Source of the DNA: Chlorobium sp.
Lineage (GTDB): Bacteria > Bacteroidota > Chlorobiia > Chlorobiales > Chlorobiaceae
Reading direction: 5' to 3'
Length of the DNA stretch: 32,000 bases
Assembly: GCA_028280025.1 (NCBI GenBank)
Contig: JANQMO010000045.1
Location: 4,343 to 36,342 of the forward strand
Numbering within the stretch: the stretch's first letter is position 1; the number at the start of each line of letters is the position of its first letter. Below the pieces are notes generated by a model. The model did no database searches. It was not told the origin of the DNA and saw only the letters and a list, made by a program, of their open reading frames with translations. A program made the position numbers and the translations under genes. Below, piece by piece: positions 1 through 14,014 of this stretch.

Positions 1-1007
1 GCCTTGATTGAACGCCGAAGCGTCTCTTCATCGAAATTCCGGTCCGAAACCGAAAGCATTGTGTCTGCCGAACGCACGATCAAACCTGACGCCGTAATGA
101 CTGCGATACGATCATCCGTTTCAGTATCGTAAGGCCAGTTGACCGCATTCCTGTAGCGCTCACCGCTGACAACAACATCATCCTCTTTGCGGTACTCCCC
201 CTCCGGCTTCAAGGTGCTTCTGATTCTCTCGAGATATTCCCAATGACCGCTGACCGCGTCGACAATGTTGTATTGCTTTGCCTGTTCAGCCGACAGGACT
301 GACAGATTATCAATAACGGCACGATACGTCTCGGGAGCGATCCCTCTCTTTTCTGTAACATCCCCGGTATAGGCCGCATACGTTCTGTCAAGCAGCATAC
401 CGATACTTTGCCGGTATTGAGGACTTGCTTCCATTCTTGTAAAAGGTTCGATACCGCTTTTCCATTCGCTCCACTGGGCAGCCTGGAATGTAACCCCGAT
501 CTTCTCGAACGTTCCCGTATAAAACAGCATCTCGGCTTTCAGACCGTCGAGCAAGAGATGGTTTCCCCTCTCGGCCGTTACCGAATCACAGGATGACGCA
601 AGCCAGACATCCTTGTCGCCCGCGTTGCGCAGAAATGCATGAACCTTTGTGCCGCGGGTTCTTGTCTGTTCAACAGCCTGCTGAATCTGTTGAACCGCCG
701 ATGAAGCCATGTTGACACCGTTGATATCGAGCAGAACAAAGCTCACCCGGTTATCGGTTGCCGCCCTCTTGAGCAGAAAAAGTATGTCCTGAAGGGACAG
801 CTTCCGCTCTGTTCGCTCAAAAGGCAGGCTGTAAGCAGTGTCGGAAGCCTCCGGAACATCCCCGTGGATATCTATCTTCAAAACAAACGATTCGGGAAGA
901 TGTTTCTGTGCCGTGTAGAGCCGGTAGACACCGACCGCGCAGATGAGAAAAAACAGCAGCACAACTGCACAACCTATCTTACCCGCCCCTATCTTTTTCT
1001 TTGCCAT
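1..1007 (-). CDS. sppA: Signal peptide peptidase SppA-like (peptidase S49), N-terminal ~335 codons; the gene runs off the window start
   Basis: Absent from the ORF track because it is open at the window edge. Hand translation of the minus strand from the ATG (complement of 1005-1007) gives MAKKKIGAGKIGCAVVLLFFLICAVGVYRLY...RVSFVLLDINGVNMASSAVQQIQQAVEQTRTRGTKVHAFL...DDRIAVITASGLIV with no stops. It shows an N-terminal TM anchor and ClpP/S49-type repeat features typical of SppA. Confidence 0.65.
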   Translation of the reverse strand, partial: MAKKKIGAGKIGCAVVLLFFLICAVGVYRLYTAQKHLPESFVLKIDIHGDVPEASDTAYSLPFERTERKLSLQDILFLLKRAATDNRVSFVLLDINGVNMASSAVQQIQQAVEQTRTRGTKVHAFLRNAGDKDVWLASSCDSVTAERGNHLLLDGLKAEMLFYTGTFEKIGVTFQAAQWSEWKSGIEPFTRMEASPQYRQSIGMLLDRTYAAYTGDVTEKRGIAPETYRAVIDNLSVLSAEQAKQYNIVDAVSGHWEYLERIRSTLKPEGEYRKEDDVVVSGERYRNAVNWPYDTETDDRIAVITASGLIVRSADTMLSVSDRNFDEETLRRSIK

Positions 1008-1088
1008 CAGATTACGTTTTCATTCCTCGATTATCGAAAGACACCCTCAACACTATTCCCTTTAACGGAGCGATACAATCTCATTCCG

Positions 1089-1123
1089 AAAAAAACCACC
1101 TTGCCAATACTATATGGCAAAGG
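1089..1123 (-). terminator. Probable intrinsic terminator downstream of the ABC ATPase gene
   Basis: On the minus strand there is a hairpin TTGCCA-(8 nt loop)-TGGCAA, extendable by 2 bp with a bulge. Three nt later comes a U7 run (A7 at 1089-1095 on the plus strand). Confidence 0.45.
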
Positions 1124-1124
1124 A

Positions 1125-1164
1125 TCAACAACTCAACAAATAAACAACTCAACAATTCAACAAT
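1125..1164. repeat. Tandem octamer array (TCAACAAN) x5
   Basis: The units read tcaacaac/tcaacaaa/taaacaac/tcaacaat/tcaacaat, directly abutting the stop of the minus-strand ABC ATPase gene. The same octamer family recurs at 31742-31806. Confidence 0.8.
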
Positions 1165-1169
1165 CTTCT

Positions 1170-2165
1170 TCAGTCATACAAAAGACAGCTTACCTCATGA
1201 CCGCTTTTCCTGCAGAACGGTTCGAGAGCCGGTTCAATCGATCTGCAGCGCTCCATCACTTCAGGGCATCGTGGATGAAAACTGCAGCCGCCGGGAAGGT
1301 CGAGCGGTCCGGGCAGGTCGCCTTTGAGCAGTATCCGTTCCTTTTTCCCGTCAAGCTCCGGCAGCGGGATAGCCGACATCAACGCTTTTGTATATGGATG
1401 ACCGGGATTCTCATACAGTTCGTCCGAACCGGCGATCTCGACAATTTTTCCCAGATACATCACGGCCACCCGGTCGGAAATATGTTTGACGACTGAAAGA
1501 TCATGGGCAATGAAAATGTAGGTCAGACCAAACTCGTCCTGCAGATCGTTGAGCAGGTTGATGATCTGCGACTGGATCGACACATCCAGAGCCGACACCG
1601 GTTCATCGCAGACAATGAGCCTTGGATTGACGGCAAGAGCTCTGGCGATACCGATTCTCTGACGCTGCCCCCCGGAAAACTCGTGCGGGTATCTACCTGC
1701 ATACTCTCTGCTCAGACCGACAATATCGAGAAGTTCCTCAATTTTCTTTTTCACATCGCCGCGCGGCACGACCTTGTGAACCGTGAGCACCTCACTGAGC
1801 ATCTGGCCGATGGTCATCCTCGGGTTCAGAGAACTGAACGGATCCTGGAAGATCATCTGCATTTGACCGCGGAGACTGCGAAAGGCATTGCTGCCCGCGG
1901 TGTGTATCGCTTCACCGTCATACCATATTTCCCCCTTGACAGGAACAGGCGTCAACCTTAAGAGAGCACGGCCAAGCGTTGTCTTGCCGCAGCCCGATTC
2001 GCCGACAAGACCGAGTGTCTCCCCCTTCCTCACGTCGAACGAAACACCGTTGACTGCTCGAACAAGCGCCTTCTTTCCCCCTTTCCGTGAAGGGAAAGCC
2101 ACTTCGAGATGGCGCACCTTCAACAATGAATCCTCAGGCGCTCTATCCTTGCCGTTCTTTTCCAC
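1170..2165 (-). CDS. ABC transporter ATP-binding protein, oligopeptide/dipeptide (OppF/DppF) type
   Basis: Walker [10 protein letters not shown], signature FSGGQRQR and Walker [13 protein letters not shown] are present. The C-terminal [12 protein letters not shown]...CSFHPRCP segment is typical of the Opp/Dpp ATPase C-terminal domain. Confidence 0.9.
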   Translation of the reverse strand: MEKNGKDRAPEDSLLKVRHLEVAFPSRKGGKKALVRAVNGVSFDVRKGETLGLVGESGCGKTTLGRALLRLTPVPVKGEIWYDGEAIHTAGSNAFRSLRGQMQMIFQDPFSSLNPRMTIGQMLSEVLTVHKVVPRGDVKKKIEELLDIVGLSREYAGRYPHEFSGGQRQRIGIARALAVNPRLIVCDEPVSALDVSIQSQIINLLNDLQDEFGLTYIFIAHDLSVVKHISDRVAVMYLGKIVEIAGSDELYENPGHPYTKALMSAIPLPELDGKKERILLKGDLPGPLDLPGGCSFHPRCPEVMERCRSIEPALEPFCRKSGHEVSCLLYD

Positions 2166-2255
2166 GCTGTAAACCTCGATTTTCTGTCTTATGTCCTGTC
2201 AGGAATGGGGAATATACAGGATTTTCACATGCCGGAACCCACAGAGGGATCATAT

Positions 2256-2534
2256 TCACCGTTTCCTTGACGCCTCCCGCTTCATTTCCTTTTCGATCAT
2301 CTTTTCCTTTATGGCATCTCCCCCTGTAAAAACAAAGACTCCCATACCGTGGAAAAACAGACCGATCCCCCATCCGAACATCGGCCATCCAAACCATGGA
2401 TATTCGGGAGATGCGCTCATATTGATGAATATCAGGGCCGCATTGACAACAAGATAAACCGCCAGATGAATATAAAATCCCAATCTGGCCTCGACCCGTT
2501 TTTTTGCCCTCCGGTATGCATCCTGGTCTTCCAT
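2256..2534 (-). CDS. 2TM domain-containing small membrane protein
   Basis: 92 aa. A charged N-terminus (AYRRAKKRVEARLGFYIH) is followed by two hydrophobic helices with a WFGWPMFGWGIGLFFH motif and a charged tail, the pattern of the 2TM family. Confidence 0.6.
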   Translation of the reverse strand: MEDQDAYRRAKKRVEARLGFYIHLAVYLVVNAALIFINMSASPEYPWFGWPMFGWGIGLFFHGMGVFVFTGGDAIKEKMIEKEMKREASRKR

Positions 2535-2660
2535 CGCATGTTCCTCCTTTGATGAGTTTCATTCAAACAAGTATGAACAATCCGCGAACATCACTGATCC
2601 AGAAAAGCTAACAATATTACATTGTAAATGGCTCTATAGAAATTACTATGTATATAGACA

Positions 2661-3422
2661 ATGCAACACATACAAAACAACTCAGGGCCTCACGCCGCCA
2701 TGGATGACATTTCTGACACCGGAACGCTCTATATTGTTGCAACCCCGCTGGGCAACCTCCAGGACATCACGCTCCGCGCACTCGATACGCTGAAATCGGT
2801 CAACATAATCGCCTGCGAAGATACAAGGCGTACATCGATACTGCTCCGGCATTTCGGCATCACCGGCCAAAAGCTCGTCAGTTACCATGCATTCAACGAA
2901 AATAAGGCTATCCAGGGAATTCTCGACCGGCTCGACGGCGGGCTCGATGTCGCAGTGATCACCGATGCAGGAACACCTGCGATCAGCGATCCCGGCTATG
3001 CGTTGGTTCGTGCAGCGTATGAGAGCGATATACAGGTCATTCCCGTGCCCGGACCCAGCGCGGTGACTGCAGCATTGTCAGTATGCCCGCTGCCAGTCCA
3101 CAACTTTTTTTTTGCCGGCTTTCTGCCGCATAAAAAAGGCCGGAAAAGCAAGCTGGAGTTCCTTGCTTCTCTTCAAAGCACGGTTGTCTTCTATGAGTCG
3201 CCTTTCCGTATTCTGAAACTGCTGCAGGAAACGGAGGAATATTTTCCCGGAGCCAGCGTATTTATCGCGCGTGAACTGACAAAAATGTATGAGGAGTTCC
3301 TTTGCGGAAGCCCTTCTGAACTGTGCAGGCATTTCACTCAAACAAAAATAAAGGGAGAATTTGTAGTGGTTGTATCTCCCGCCGGAAAAAAATCGGCGGC
3401 ACAGATTCCGGAACAGGAATGA
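2661..3422 (+). CDS. rsmI: 16S rRNA (cytidine1402-2'-O)-methyltransferase RsmI
   Basis: LYIVATPLGNLQDITLRALDTLKSVNIIACEDTRRTSILLRHFGI and the later SDPG / FYESPFR motifs match the RsmI/tetrapyrrole-methylase fold. The start could instead be the internal Met at codon 14. Confidence 0.85.
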   Translation: MQHIQNNSGPHAAMDDISDTGTLYIVATPLGNLQDITLRALDTLKSVNIIACEDTRRTSILLRHFGITGQKLVSYHAFNENKAIQGILDRLDGGLDVAVITDAGTPAISDPGYALVRAAYESDIQVIPVPGPSAVTAALSVCPLPVHNFFFAGFLPHKKGRKSKLEFLASLQSTVVFYESPFRILKLLQETEEYFPGASVFIARELTKMYEEFLCGSPSELCRHFTQTKIKGEFVVVVSPAGKKSAAQIPEQE

Positions 3423-3459
3423 AAAGTCAACGTCATCCATCAATCAACGCTCATAGACC

Positions 3460-4317
3460 ATGCAGATAATCAACAATCCGGCGGAAATGCAGCATATTGC
3501 CGAGCGGCTCCGGCTCCGCCACCAGCTTATCGCCGTTGTCATGACCATGGGAGCCCTGCATGACGGGCACCTGAGACTCATAAAAATCGCAAAGGAGAAA
3601 GCGGGCACCGTTATCCTTACGATATTTGTCAATCCCCGCCAGTTCGGACCCGATGAAGATTTTCACCGTTACCCGAGACCTTTTGAAAAAGACGCCGCAA
3701 TGGCAAAAGCGGCCGGCGTGGACTACCTTTTTTCTCCTGACGTGGAACATATGTACCCCGACGGATTCCAGACCAGGGTGCTCACCGGCGGCATTGCCGA
3801 GCAGTTCGAGGGGCAAACAAGACCCGGCCATTTCAACGGTATGGCAACAGCTGTCCTGAAACTCATGATGATCTCAAAAGCGCATATTGCCGTTTTCGGA
3901 GAAAAAGATGCACAGCAGCTTGCCGTCATCCGCCGTATGGTCGAGGATTTCAATATCGATACAAAAATCATCGAAGTCCCGATAATGAGGGAACAGGATG
4001 GCCTGGCAACAAGTTCGCGCAACGTTTACCTGTCATCGGATGAACGCAGTCAGGCTGCGGTTCTTTACAAAAGTATCCTCAAAGCCGGGGACATCGTGAA
4101 AAACGGAACAAGTGAAGCGAACGCAATTATTGAAGAGGTAACATCGGTCATCGAATCAGCTCCCGATGCGACCATCGATTACGTGTGCATTGTGAATGAT
4201 GAAACGTTTACCGAGGTCGAGCGGCTGGAAAAAAACGGCCGCTACCGCCTGCTGCTTGCTGTTCGAATCGGCGCAACGAGGCTTATCGACAACTGCATCA
4301 TCGAACCGGCAAAGTGA
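3460..4317 (+). CDS. panC: Pantoate--beta-alanine ligase
   Basis: [12 protein letters not shown] (HIGH-like), [19 protein letters not shown] and [13 protein letters not shown] are classic PanC motifs; 285 aa. Confidence 0.92.
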   Translation: MQIINNPAEMQHIAERLRLRHQLIAVVMTMGALHDGHLRLIKIAKEKAGTVILTIFVNPRQFGPDEDFHRYPRPFEKDAAMAKAAGVDYLFSPDVEHMYPDGFQTRVLTGGIAEQFEGQTRPGHFNGMATAVLKLMMISKAHIAVFGEKDAQQLAVIRRMVEDFNIDTKIIEVPIMREQDGLATSSRNVYLSSDERSQAAVLYKSILKAGDIVKNGTSEANAIIEEVTSVIESAPDATIDYVCIVNDETFTEVERLEKNGRYRLLLAVRIGATRLIDNCIIEPAK

Positions 4318-4500
4318 GCCGCCCGAACCATCCGTCTTGCTGGAGTATAAAGACAGAGATATATGATCAAAACTAATTCACGAAATATCGTATATTGAAA
4401 AATTGCAGTCACTAATGGTTCGTTCTCTTGTGAACCGGCCCTTTCAATGGCTGATGTGACAAACGACTTTCTATCTCAACTAACAACTGAAGTTCACTCC

Positions 4501-6708
4501 ATGTTTATACGAAAAGAAATCGAACTTGAAAGCGGAAAAGCAATCACGATCGAAACCGGAAAAATGGCCAAACAGGCTGACGGGGCCGTTGTCGTCAGCA
4601 TGGGCGAGACCATGGTTCTCGCCACCGTTGTATCTGAAAAAACCCCGCCGCCGCCGAACCAGGATTTTTTCCCTCTTCAGGTCGAGTACCGTGAAAAATA
4701 TTACGCTGCCGGCAAGTTTCCCGGCGGGTTCATCAAGCGCGAAAGCAGGCCCTCAGAAAAAGAGGTCCTTTCCGCCCGCCTTATCGACCGAGCCCTTCGC
4801 CCACTCTTCCCCGACGGTTACTACCAGGATACACAGATCATCATCTCCGTCATCTCTTCAGACCAGTTGAACGATGCCGACGTTCTCGGAGGTATCGCGG
4901 CTTCCGCAGCAGTCATGGTATCCGACATTCCATTTTCAAGCTCGATGTCGGAAGTGCGTGTCGGAAGAATCAACGGCGAGTTTGTCATCAATCCGAACAT
5001 CAACGAACTCTCCAGGAGCGATATCGATATCTCGATCGGCGGAACGGTCGACACCATCTGTATGCTTGAAGGCGAAATGAACGAAATATCCGAAGCAGAA
5101 ATGCTCGATGCCATCCGTTTCGGACATGAAGCGATTAAAAAAATCTGTTCCCTGCAGGACGAAATAGCCGCTGAAGTTGCAAAACCGAAACGATCTTTCA
5201 AACCGGTAACCCTGCCGGAAGACCTGAAAGAAAGCATCAGAACGGCATGCGAGGACAGGCTCAGGGATATCGCCTATATGCCTCTTGCAAAAGAAGAAAG
5301 GGCGGAAAAAACTGCAGCCATCTACAGTTCTGCTGTCGACGAGGTTCTCAGCCGCTACAAACAGGAAATCACTGCAGATGACATTGCGGCCGATCCGTCA
5401 AAATCGATCTATCTGAACGAGCATGTCATTTCCGAACATGTCCACGACATCGAAAAGAAAGTGATGCGTCATATGATCCTCGATGACGCAAAAAGGCTTG
5501 ACGGCAGAGCGCTCGACGAAGTAAGGCCGATCAGTATCGAACTCGGGCTCATCCCGAGGGCTCATGGTTCCGCTCTTTTCACAAGAGGAGAAACACAGTC
5601 TCTTGTCGCTCTGACGCTGGGCACGAAGAAAGATGCGCAAATGATCGATACACTGCTTGACGATACGGAAAAACGGTTCATGCTCCACTATAATTTCCCG
5701 CCGTTTTCGGTAGGTGAAACAGGCCGTGTCGGAGGCGTCGGACGCCGGGAGATCGGCCATGGCAACCTTGCAGAAAGAGCCGTCAAGAAAGTAGTGCCGC
5801 CGGATAACGAATTCCCTTACACCATCCGTATCGTATCGGAAATCCTTGAATCGAACGGTTCTTCATCGATGGCATCGGTGTGCGGCGGCACTCTGGCCGC
5901 AATGGACGGCGGTGTGCCGCTCAAGAGACCTGTATCCGGCATCGCAATGGGCCTTATCAAGGAAGGTGACAAATATGCGGTTCTTTCCGATATTCTCGGC
6001 AACGAAGATCACCTTGGCGATATGGACTTCAAGGTGGCCGGCACACAAGACGGTATCACGGCATGCCAGATGGATATTAAAATAGACGGTCTCGACTACC
6101 ATATTCTCGAAGAGGCCCTCGAACAGTCAAAAAAAGGACGTTTGCATATCCTTGACAAAATGACGGAAGCCATTGCAGGTCCGAGAACGGAAATCGGCAA
6201 ATACGCCCCCCGTCTCTCCACCATTCAGGTTCCGGTGGACGCCATCGGCATGATCATCGGCAAAGGCGGGGAAACCATCAGGAGCATCACTGAAGAAACC
6301 GGAGCTGAAATCAATGTCGAAGACGACGGAACAGTTACAATAGCTGCACCGGACGGTGAATGCGCTTCCGCCGCTGTTGAAACGATCAAGACCCTTATTT
6401 CAAAACCCGAAGTCGGCCTCGTCTATTCCGGCAAGGTGAGGGATGTACGGGAAGAACTGGGCGCTTTTGTTGAGTTCCTGCCGAAAACCGACGGGCTTGT
6501 GCACATTTCAGAGATCGCCAGGGAACGGGTTGCAAAAGTCAGCGACTACCTCAAACCGGGTGACCGGATAAAGGTCAAGCTGATCGACATCCGTAAAGAT
6601 CCCAGGACAGGTAAAACACGCTACGCGTTATCCATCAAAGCCCTGCTCGACATGCCCGCAGAGTCGGGAAACGGATCGGAATCACAGGAACAGCCAAGCA
6701 GTCAATAG
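4501..6708 (+). CDS. pnp: Polyribonucleotide nucleotidyltransferase (PNPase)
   Basis: Two RNase PH domains, a KH domain ([17 protein letters not shown]) and an S1 domain ([16 protein letters not shown]). The ORF opens at 4447, but ATG 4501 ([32 protein letters not shown]) matches the usual PNPase N-terminus. Confidence 0.93.
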   Translation: MFIRKEIELESGKAITIETGKMAKQADGAVVVSMGETMVLATVVSEKTPPPPNQDFFPLQVEYREKYYAAGKFPGGFIKRESRPSEKEVLSARLIDRALRPLFPDGYYQDTQIIISVISSDQLNDADVLGGIAASAAVMVSDIPFSSSMSEVRVGRINGEFVINPNINELSRSDIDISIGGTVDTICMLEGEMNEISEAEMLDAIRFGHEAIKKICSLQDEIAAEVAKPKRSFKPVTLPEDLKESIRTACEDRLRDIAYMPLAKEERAEKTAAIYSSAVDEVLSRYKQEITADDIAADPSKSIYLNEHVISEHVHDIEKKVMRHMILDDAKRLDGRALDEVRPISIELGLIPRAHGSALFTRGETQSLVALTLGTKKDAQMIDTLLDDTEKRFMLHYNFPPFSVGETGRVGGVGRREIGHGNLAERAVKKVVPPDNEFPYTIRIVSEILESNGSSSMASVCGGTLAAMDGGVPLKRPVSGIAMGLIKEGDKYAVLSDILGNEDHLGDMDFKVAGTQDGITACQMDIKIDGLDYHILEEALEQSKKGRLHILDKMTEAIAGPRTEIGKYAPRLSTIQVPVDAIGMIIGKGGETIRSITEETGAEINVEDDGTVTIAAPDGECASAAVETIKTLISKPEVGLVYSGKVRDVREELGAFVEFLPKTDGLVHISEIARERVAKVSDYLKPGDRIKVKLIDIRKDPRTGKTRYALSIKALLDMPAESGNGSESQEQPSSQ

Positions 6709-6758
6709 TATGATTGCCATTCACGGTAAAAAGCCATACAGCACACCCTGAAAACAAC

Positions 6759-6793
6759 AAGCTGCGCGGATATTGCCGCGCAGCTTTTTCTTT
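6759..6793 (+). terminator. Rho-independent terminator after pnp
   Basis: An 11-bp GC-rich stem AAGCTGCGCGG / CCGCGCAGCTT with a 6-nt loop is followed by TTTTTCTTT, 50 nt after the pnp stop. Confidence 0.8.
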
Positions 6794-6854
6794 GTCCCTG
6801 TTTTTCTTTTTTTTGACCTCAACCGTTCACTTTTTCAACCATTGAACCCGGAAC

Positions 6855-9275
<2,421 letters not shown>

Positions 9276-9535
9276 AATCCTCACGATGCCGAAGCATAAC
9301 CTTTTCCGGCAATGGACTTGCCTGCTGGCACCTTTTTTTTGTATTATACCGGTTTATGCCGTTTCTTGGCAACCGTTTGAAAACGTATTCTGGGGTATCC
9401 CTTTTGAAGCCTGTCACATCTCATTTCTTTCAGTCCGGCATCATGCCTTATCGCCTTATCTCTGACCGCCACCATGTCCGCATCATAAACCATGTAATGG
9501 GGTAGTCCTTTTTTGTCAACCTAAAACCCGGTACA

Positions 9536-11527
<1,992 letters not shown>

Positions 11528-11549
11528 CAGCATCTGAATCGACAAAAAT

Positions 11550-12125
11550 ATGTTCAGCGGACAACATACAAGGCTGAGAAGGCTCGAAACATCCGATGCC
11601 GATACTTTTTTTTCGCACTGGAACAACTATGAGCTCCGGCAATATCTCCCTTCTCCACTTCCCTCATCGCAGAAGGAGATCATTGCATTCATCGAATCAA
11701 AAGAGCATCAATTCCGGGAAAGAAGCGAGTTCTTTTTCGGCATAGAGGAATGCTGTACCACCAAAGAACTTATCGGGATCATCAATCTCGAATCGATCAG
11801 CTGGATAAGCCGTCACGCCTTTGTCGGATCATTCTGCATCTTCAAACCGTCGCTGAGGGGAAAAGGATACGGCAGGGACGCCATGGTAACGCTCCTTGAT
11901 TTTGCATTTAATGTGCTCGACCTTCATGTTGTTGCACTGATGGTCGAGTCACCCAACAAACAGGCCATCCGGCTCTATGAAAACTGCTGCTTCACGAACC
12001 GGGGAACACTCAGGGAACTGGCCTACCGGAACGGCAAACGCTGCAATGTCACGATAATGGATGTCCTGAAACGCGACTTCATCGAACGGTACGGAATATT
12101 GCCCAAAGGAGACAGCATCCTGTAA
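11550..12125 (+). CDS. GNAT family N-acetyltransferase (RimJ/RimL-like)
   Basis: 191 aa. LRRLETSDADTFFSHWNN is an N-terminus typical of the Acetyltransf_3 group, and RGKGYGRDAM is the acetyl-CoA binding loop. It starts 22 nt after the acs stop. Confidence 0.75.
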   Translation: MFSGQHTRLRRLETSDADTFFSHWNNYELRQYLPSPLPSSQKEIIAFIESKEHQFRERSEFFFGIEECCTTKELIGIINLESISWISRHAFVGSFCIFKPSLRGKGYGRDAMVTLLDFAFNVLDLHVVALMVESPNKQAIRLYENCCFTNRGTLRELAYRNGKRCNVTIMDVLKRDFIERYGILPKGDSIL

Positions 12126-12129
12126 GCTC

Positions 12130-12225
12130 GGGGGAATTGTTGAGGTGTTATAGTTGCGAGTTGACCTGAAAGACTTTGTAAATAGGACCTATAGGACGTA
12201 TAGGTCCTATAAGTCCTATTCTCTG
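12130..12225. repeat. Mosaic short-tandem-repeat element, copy B (diverged, short)
   Basis: Nonamer array aataggacc/tataggacg/tataggtcc/tataagtcc (12181-12216), preceded by TTGTTGAGGTGT. That 12-mer is also present, reverse-complemented, in copy C at 31701-31712. Confidence 0.75.
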
Positions 12226-12260
12226 AAATCCGGTAAAAAAGAGTCGTTATACACGCAATC

Positions 12261-12503
12261 TTACGGCTTACATATCTTGCAAGGCCTATACCCCGCCCCA
12301 ACAGCCTTCGCCCTGCTTGAAAATACAGCCGTACATTTCGAACAGTCGTAATACCGGCACCCTTGCCGGTGGAAGACCTTGCTTTGCTTGTTGCCGTGAA
12401 ACACCCTGGTCTCAGTATCAGCAGCTATGCCTGCAGGTGCTGCCAGCATAAAGAGGAGTACCCATCCGGCAATGATCCGGACCGTCCTTTTGTGCACAGA
12501 CAT
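12261..12503 (-). CDS. Small secreted protein with Ada-type Zn-binding domain
   Basis: Signal-peptide-like N-terminus (MSVHKRTVRIIAGWVLLFMLAAPAGIAA), then VFHRQGCRYYDCSKCTAVFSSRAKAVGAGYRPCKICKP, the Cys pattern of the Ada metal-binding domain family. ATG 12503 has GGAGG 7 nt upstream; the track's TTG start at 12518 is less likely. Confidence 0.7.
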   Translation of the reverse strand: MSVHKRTVRIIAGWVLLFMLAAPAGIAADTETRVFHGNKQSKVFHRQGCRYYDCSKCTAVFSSRAKAVGAGYRPCKICKP

Positions 12504-12535
12504 ACAGTTCCTCCCCAATAAAATTCTGCAAACGT

Positions 12536-13015
12536 TCAGGAATTCAGTTTCCAGATCGTGAACGTCAGGTATGCGGCAAAGCTCACCCAGAGCAAATACG
12601 GAATCAGGAGATAGGCAGCAGTCTTTGCTGCAGCGGCAAAAAGTACCATTGTCAGAACGATCGATATCCAGAGCAGGGCTATTTCAAGATATCCCCAGAA
12701 AGGCGACTGAAGACCGAAAAACATCGCTGACCACCCGAAATTCAACGCGAGCTGAACACCGAAAACAATAACAGCCGCTATAACCGCCGGCTTGTCCAGG
12801 CCTTCCTTCAAAACCATTGAAAGCGCAATCCCCATGAGAACAAAAAGAGCCGTCCACACAGGAGCAAAAAGCCAGTCAGGCGGGTTCCATGAAGGTTTGT
12901 TCAAAACAGAATAATACCATTCGGATCCCTGTTCAGGGGTAAACACGCTGCCTGCAAAACCGACAAGCATGCAAAGCGCAATACAGGCAATGAGGAGGAG
13001 CGGGTTGATGCTCAT
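12536..13015 (-). CDS. tspO: TspO/MBR family tryptophan-rich sensory protein
   Basis: Five predicted TM helices; WYYSVLNKPSWNPPDWLFAPVWTALF and the Trp-rich later helices match TspO. Start chosen at the internal ATG (MSINPLLL...), giving ~159 aa. Confidence 0.85.
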   Translation of the reverse strand: MSINPLLLIACIALCMLVGFAGSVFTPEQGSEWYYSVLNKPSWNPPDWLFAPVWTALFVLMGIALSMVLKEGLDKPAVIAAVIVFGVQLALNFGWSAMFFGLQSPFWGYLEIALLWISIVLTMVLFAAAAKTAAYLLIPYLLWVSFAAYLTFTIWKLNS

Positions 13016-13198
13016 AGGGAAACATTCTGGTTTTTTGGAATACACTGCCCGAGAGATTCTTATAACCAAAAATAAAATAGCGAAATAAGTTTGAAGAAGA
13101 TAAAAGCCATAGCAATGATACTCGATAATCGCAAGGGCTTACCGTATATTGCATCGCCCGAAGCACAGTCAACATGCCATGCAACAAAACAGCACATC

Positions 13199-14014
13199 AT
13201 GAAGGGAGAACTCGATACAGCAATATCTGCGGCAAAAAAGGCCGGGAGCCTCGCTCTGCAGAGTTTCGGATCGCTCAACCAGACGGAGATACAGCCCAAG
13301 GATTACAAGGATTTCGTAACCGACGTCGACAAGGCATGCGAAAACTGCATTGCTTCTGAAATCAGCAGGGCGTTTCCGCAGGACAGCATGCTCTGCGAGG
13401 AAGGTTATGTCACAAGCGGCAGTTCCGGAAGACAGTGGATCGTCGACCCGCTTGACGGGACATTGAATTTCATCCATTCCTTTCCTGTCTTTTCCATAAG
13501 CATCGCACTCTCCGGCCCTGACGGCGATCTTATGACAGGCGTGGTCTATCAACCCGTACTTGACGAACTGTTTACCGCCGAAAAAGGAAAAGGGGCATTT
13601 CTCAACGGCAACCCAATCCGGGTATCGAGCCGACTGGACCCGGAACATTTCCTGATTGCAACCGGCCTTCCGTTCAAGGAGTATCATTATCTCGACGCAT
13701 ACGTTTCGATGCTCAGGGAGGTGATCCACGGATCGGCAGGCATACGAAGAGCAGGGTCGGCCGCAATCGACCTCGCCTATACCGCGTGCGGACGTTTCGA
13801 CGCATTCTGGGAATACAAGCTCTTTCCATGGGACTATTCAGCAGGCGTTCTGCTGGTGAGGGAAGCCGGAGGCATTGTCACGGGCTTCAACGGAGACAGT
13901 GCGATCGGTAACCACCACAGCATCATCGCAGGAACGGGAGCAACCCATCCGCAGCTCCTCGACATGGCCCGCAAGCATTTCAGGGAGCATCTGCAGATGA
14001 ATCGTGAATCGTGA
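13199..14014 (+). CDS. suhB: Inositol monophosphatase family protein (SuhB-like)
   Basis: EE...WIVDPLDGTLNFIH (metal-binding DPxDGT) and the WDYSAG motif. The track ORF begins at TTG 13091, but ATG 13199 (MKGELDTAISAAKKAG) fits family N-termini. The last five codons and the stop lie in the heptamer repeat. Confidence 0.85.
   Translation: MKGELDTAISAAKKAGSLALQSFGSLNQTEIQPKDYKDFVTDVDKACENCIASEISRAFPQDSMLCEEGYVTSGSSGRQWIVDPLDGTLNFIHSFPVFSISIALSGPDGDLMTGVVYQPVLDELFTAEKGKGAFLNGNPIRVSSRLDPEHFLIATGLPFKEYHYLDAYVSMLREVIHGSAGIRRAGSAAIDLAYTACGRFDAFWEYKLFPWDYSAGVLLVREAGGIVTGFNGDSAIGNHHSIIAGTGATHPQLLDMARKHFREHLQMNRES

Noticed and set aside
864-1496. 210-aa plus-strand ORF spanning the sppA start, the intergenic repeats and the ABC ATPase 3' end
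   Set aside because: It overlaps two well-supported minus-strand genes and the octamer repeat array, and its composition is low-complexity.
9276-9535. The leuS-acs intergenic region examined for a terminator or ncRNA (T8 run at 9333-9340)
   Set aside because: Only a weak 4-5 bp stem precedes the T-run and there is no convincing conserved-looking structure. Left unannotated.
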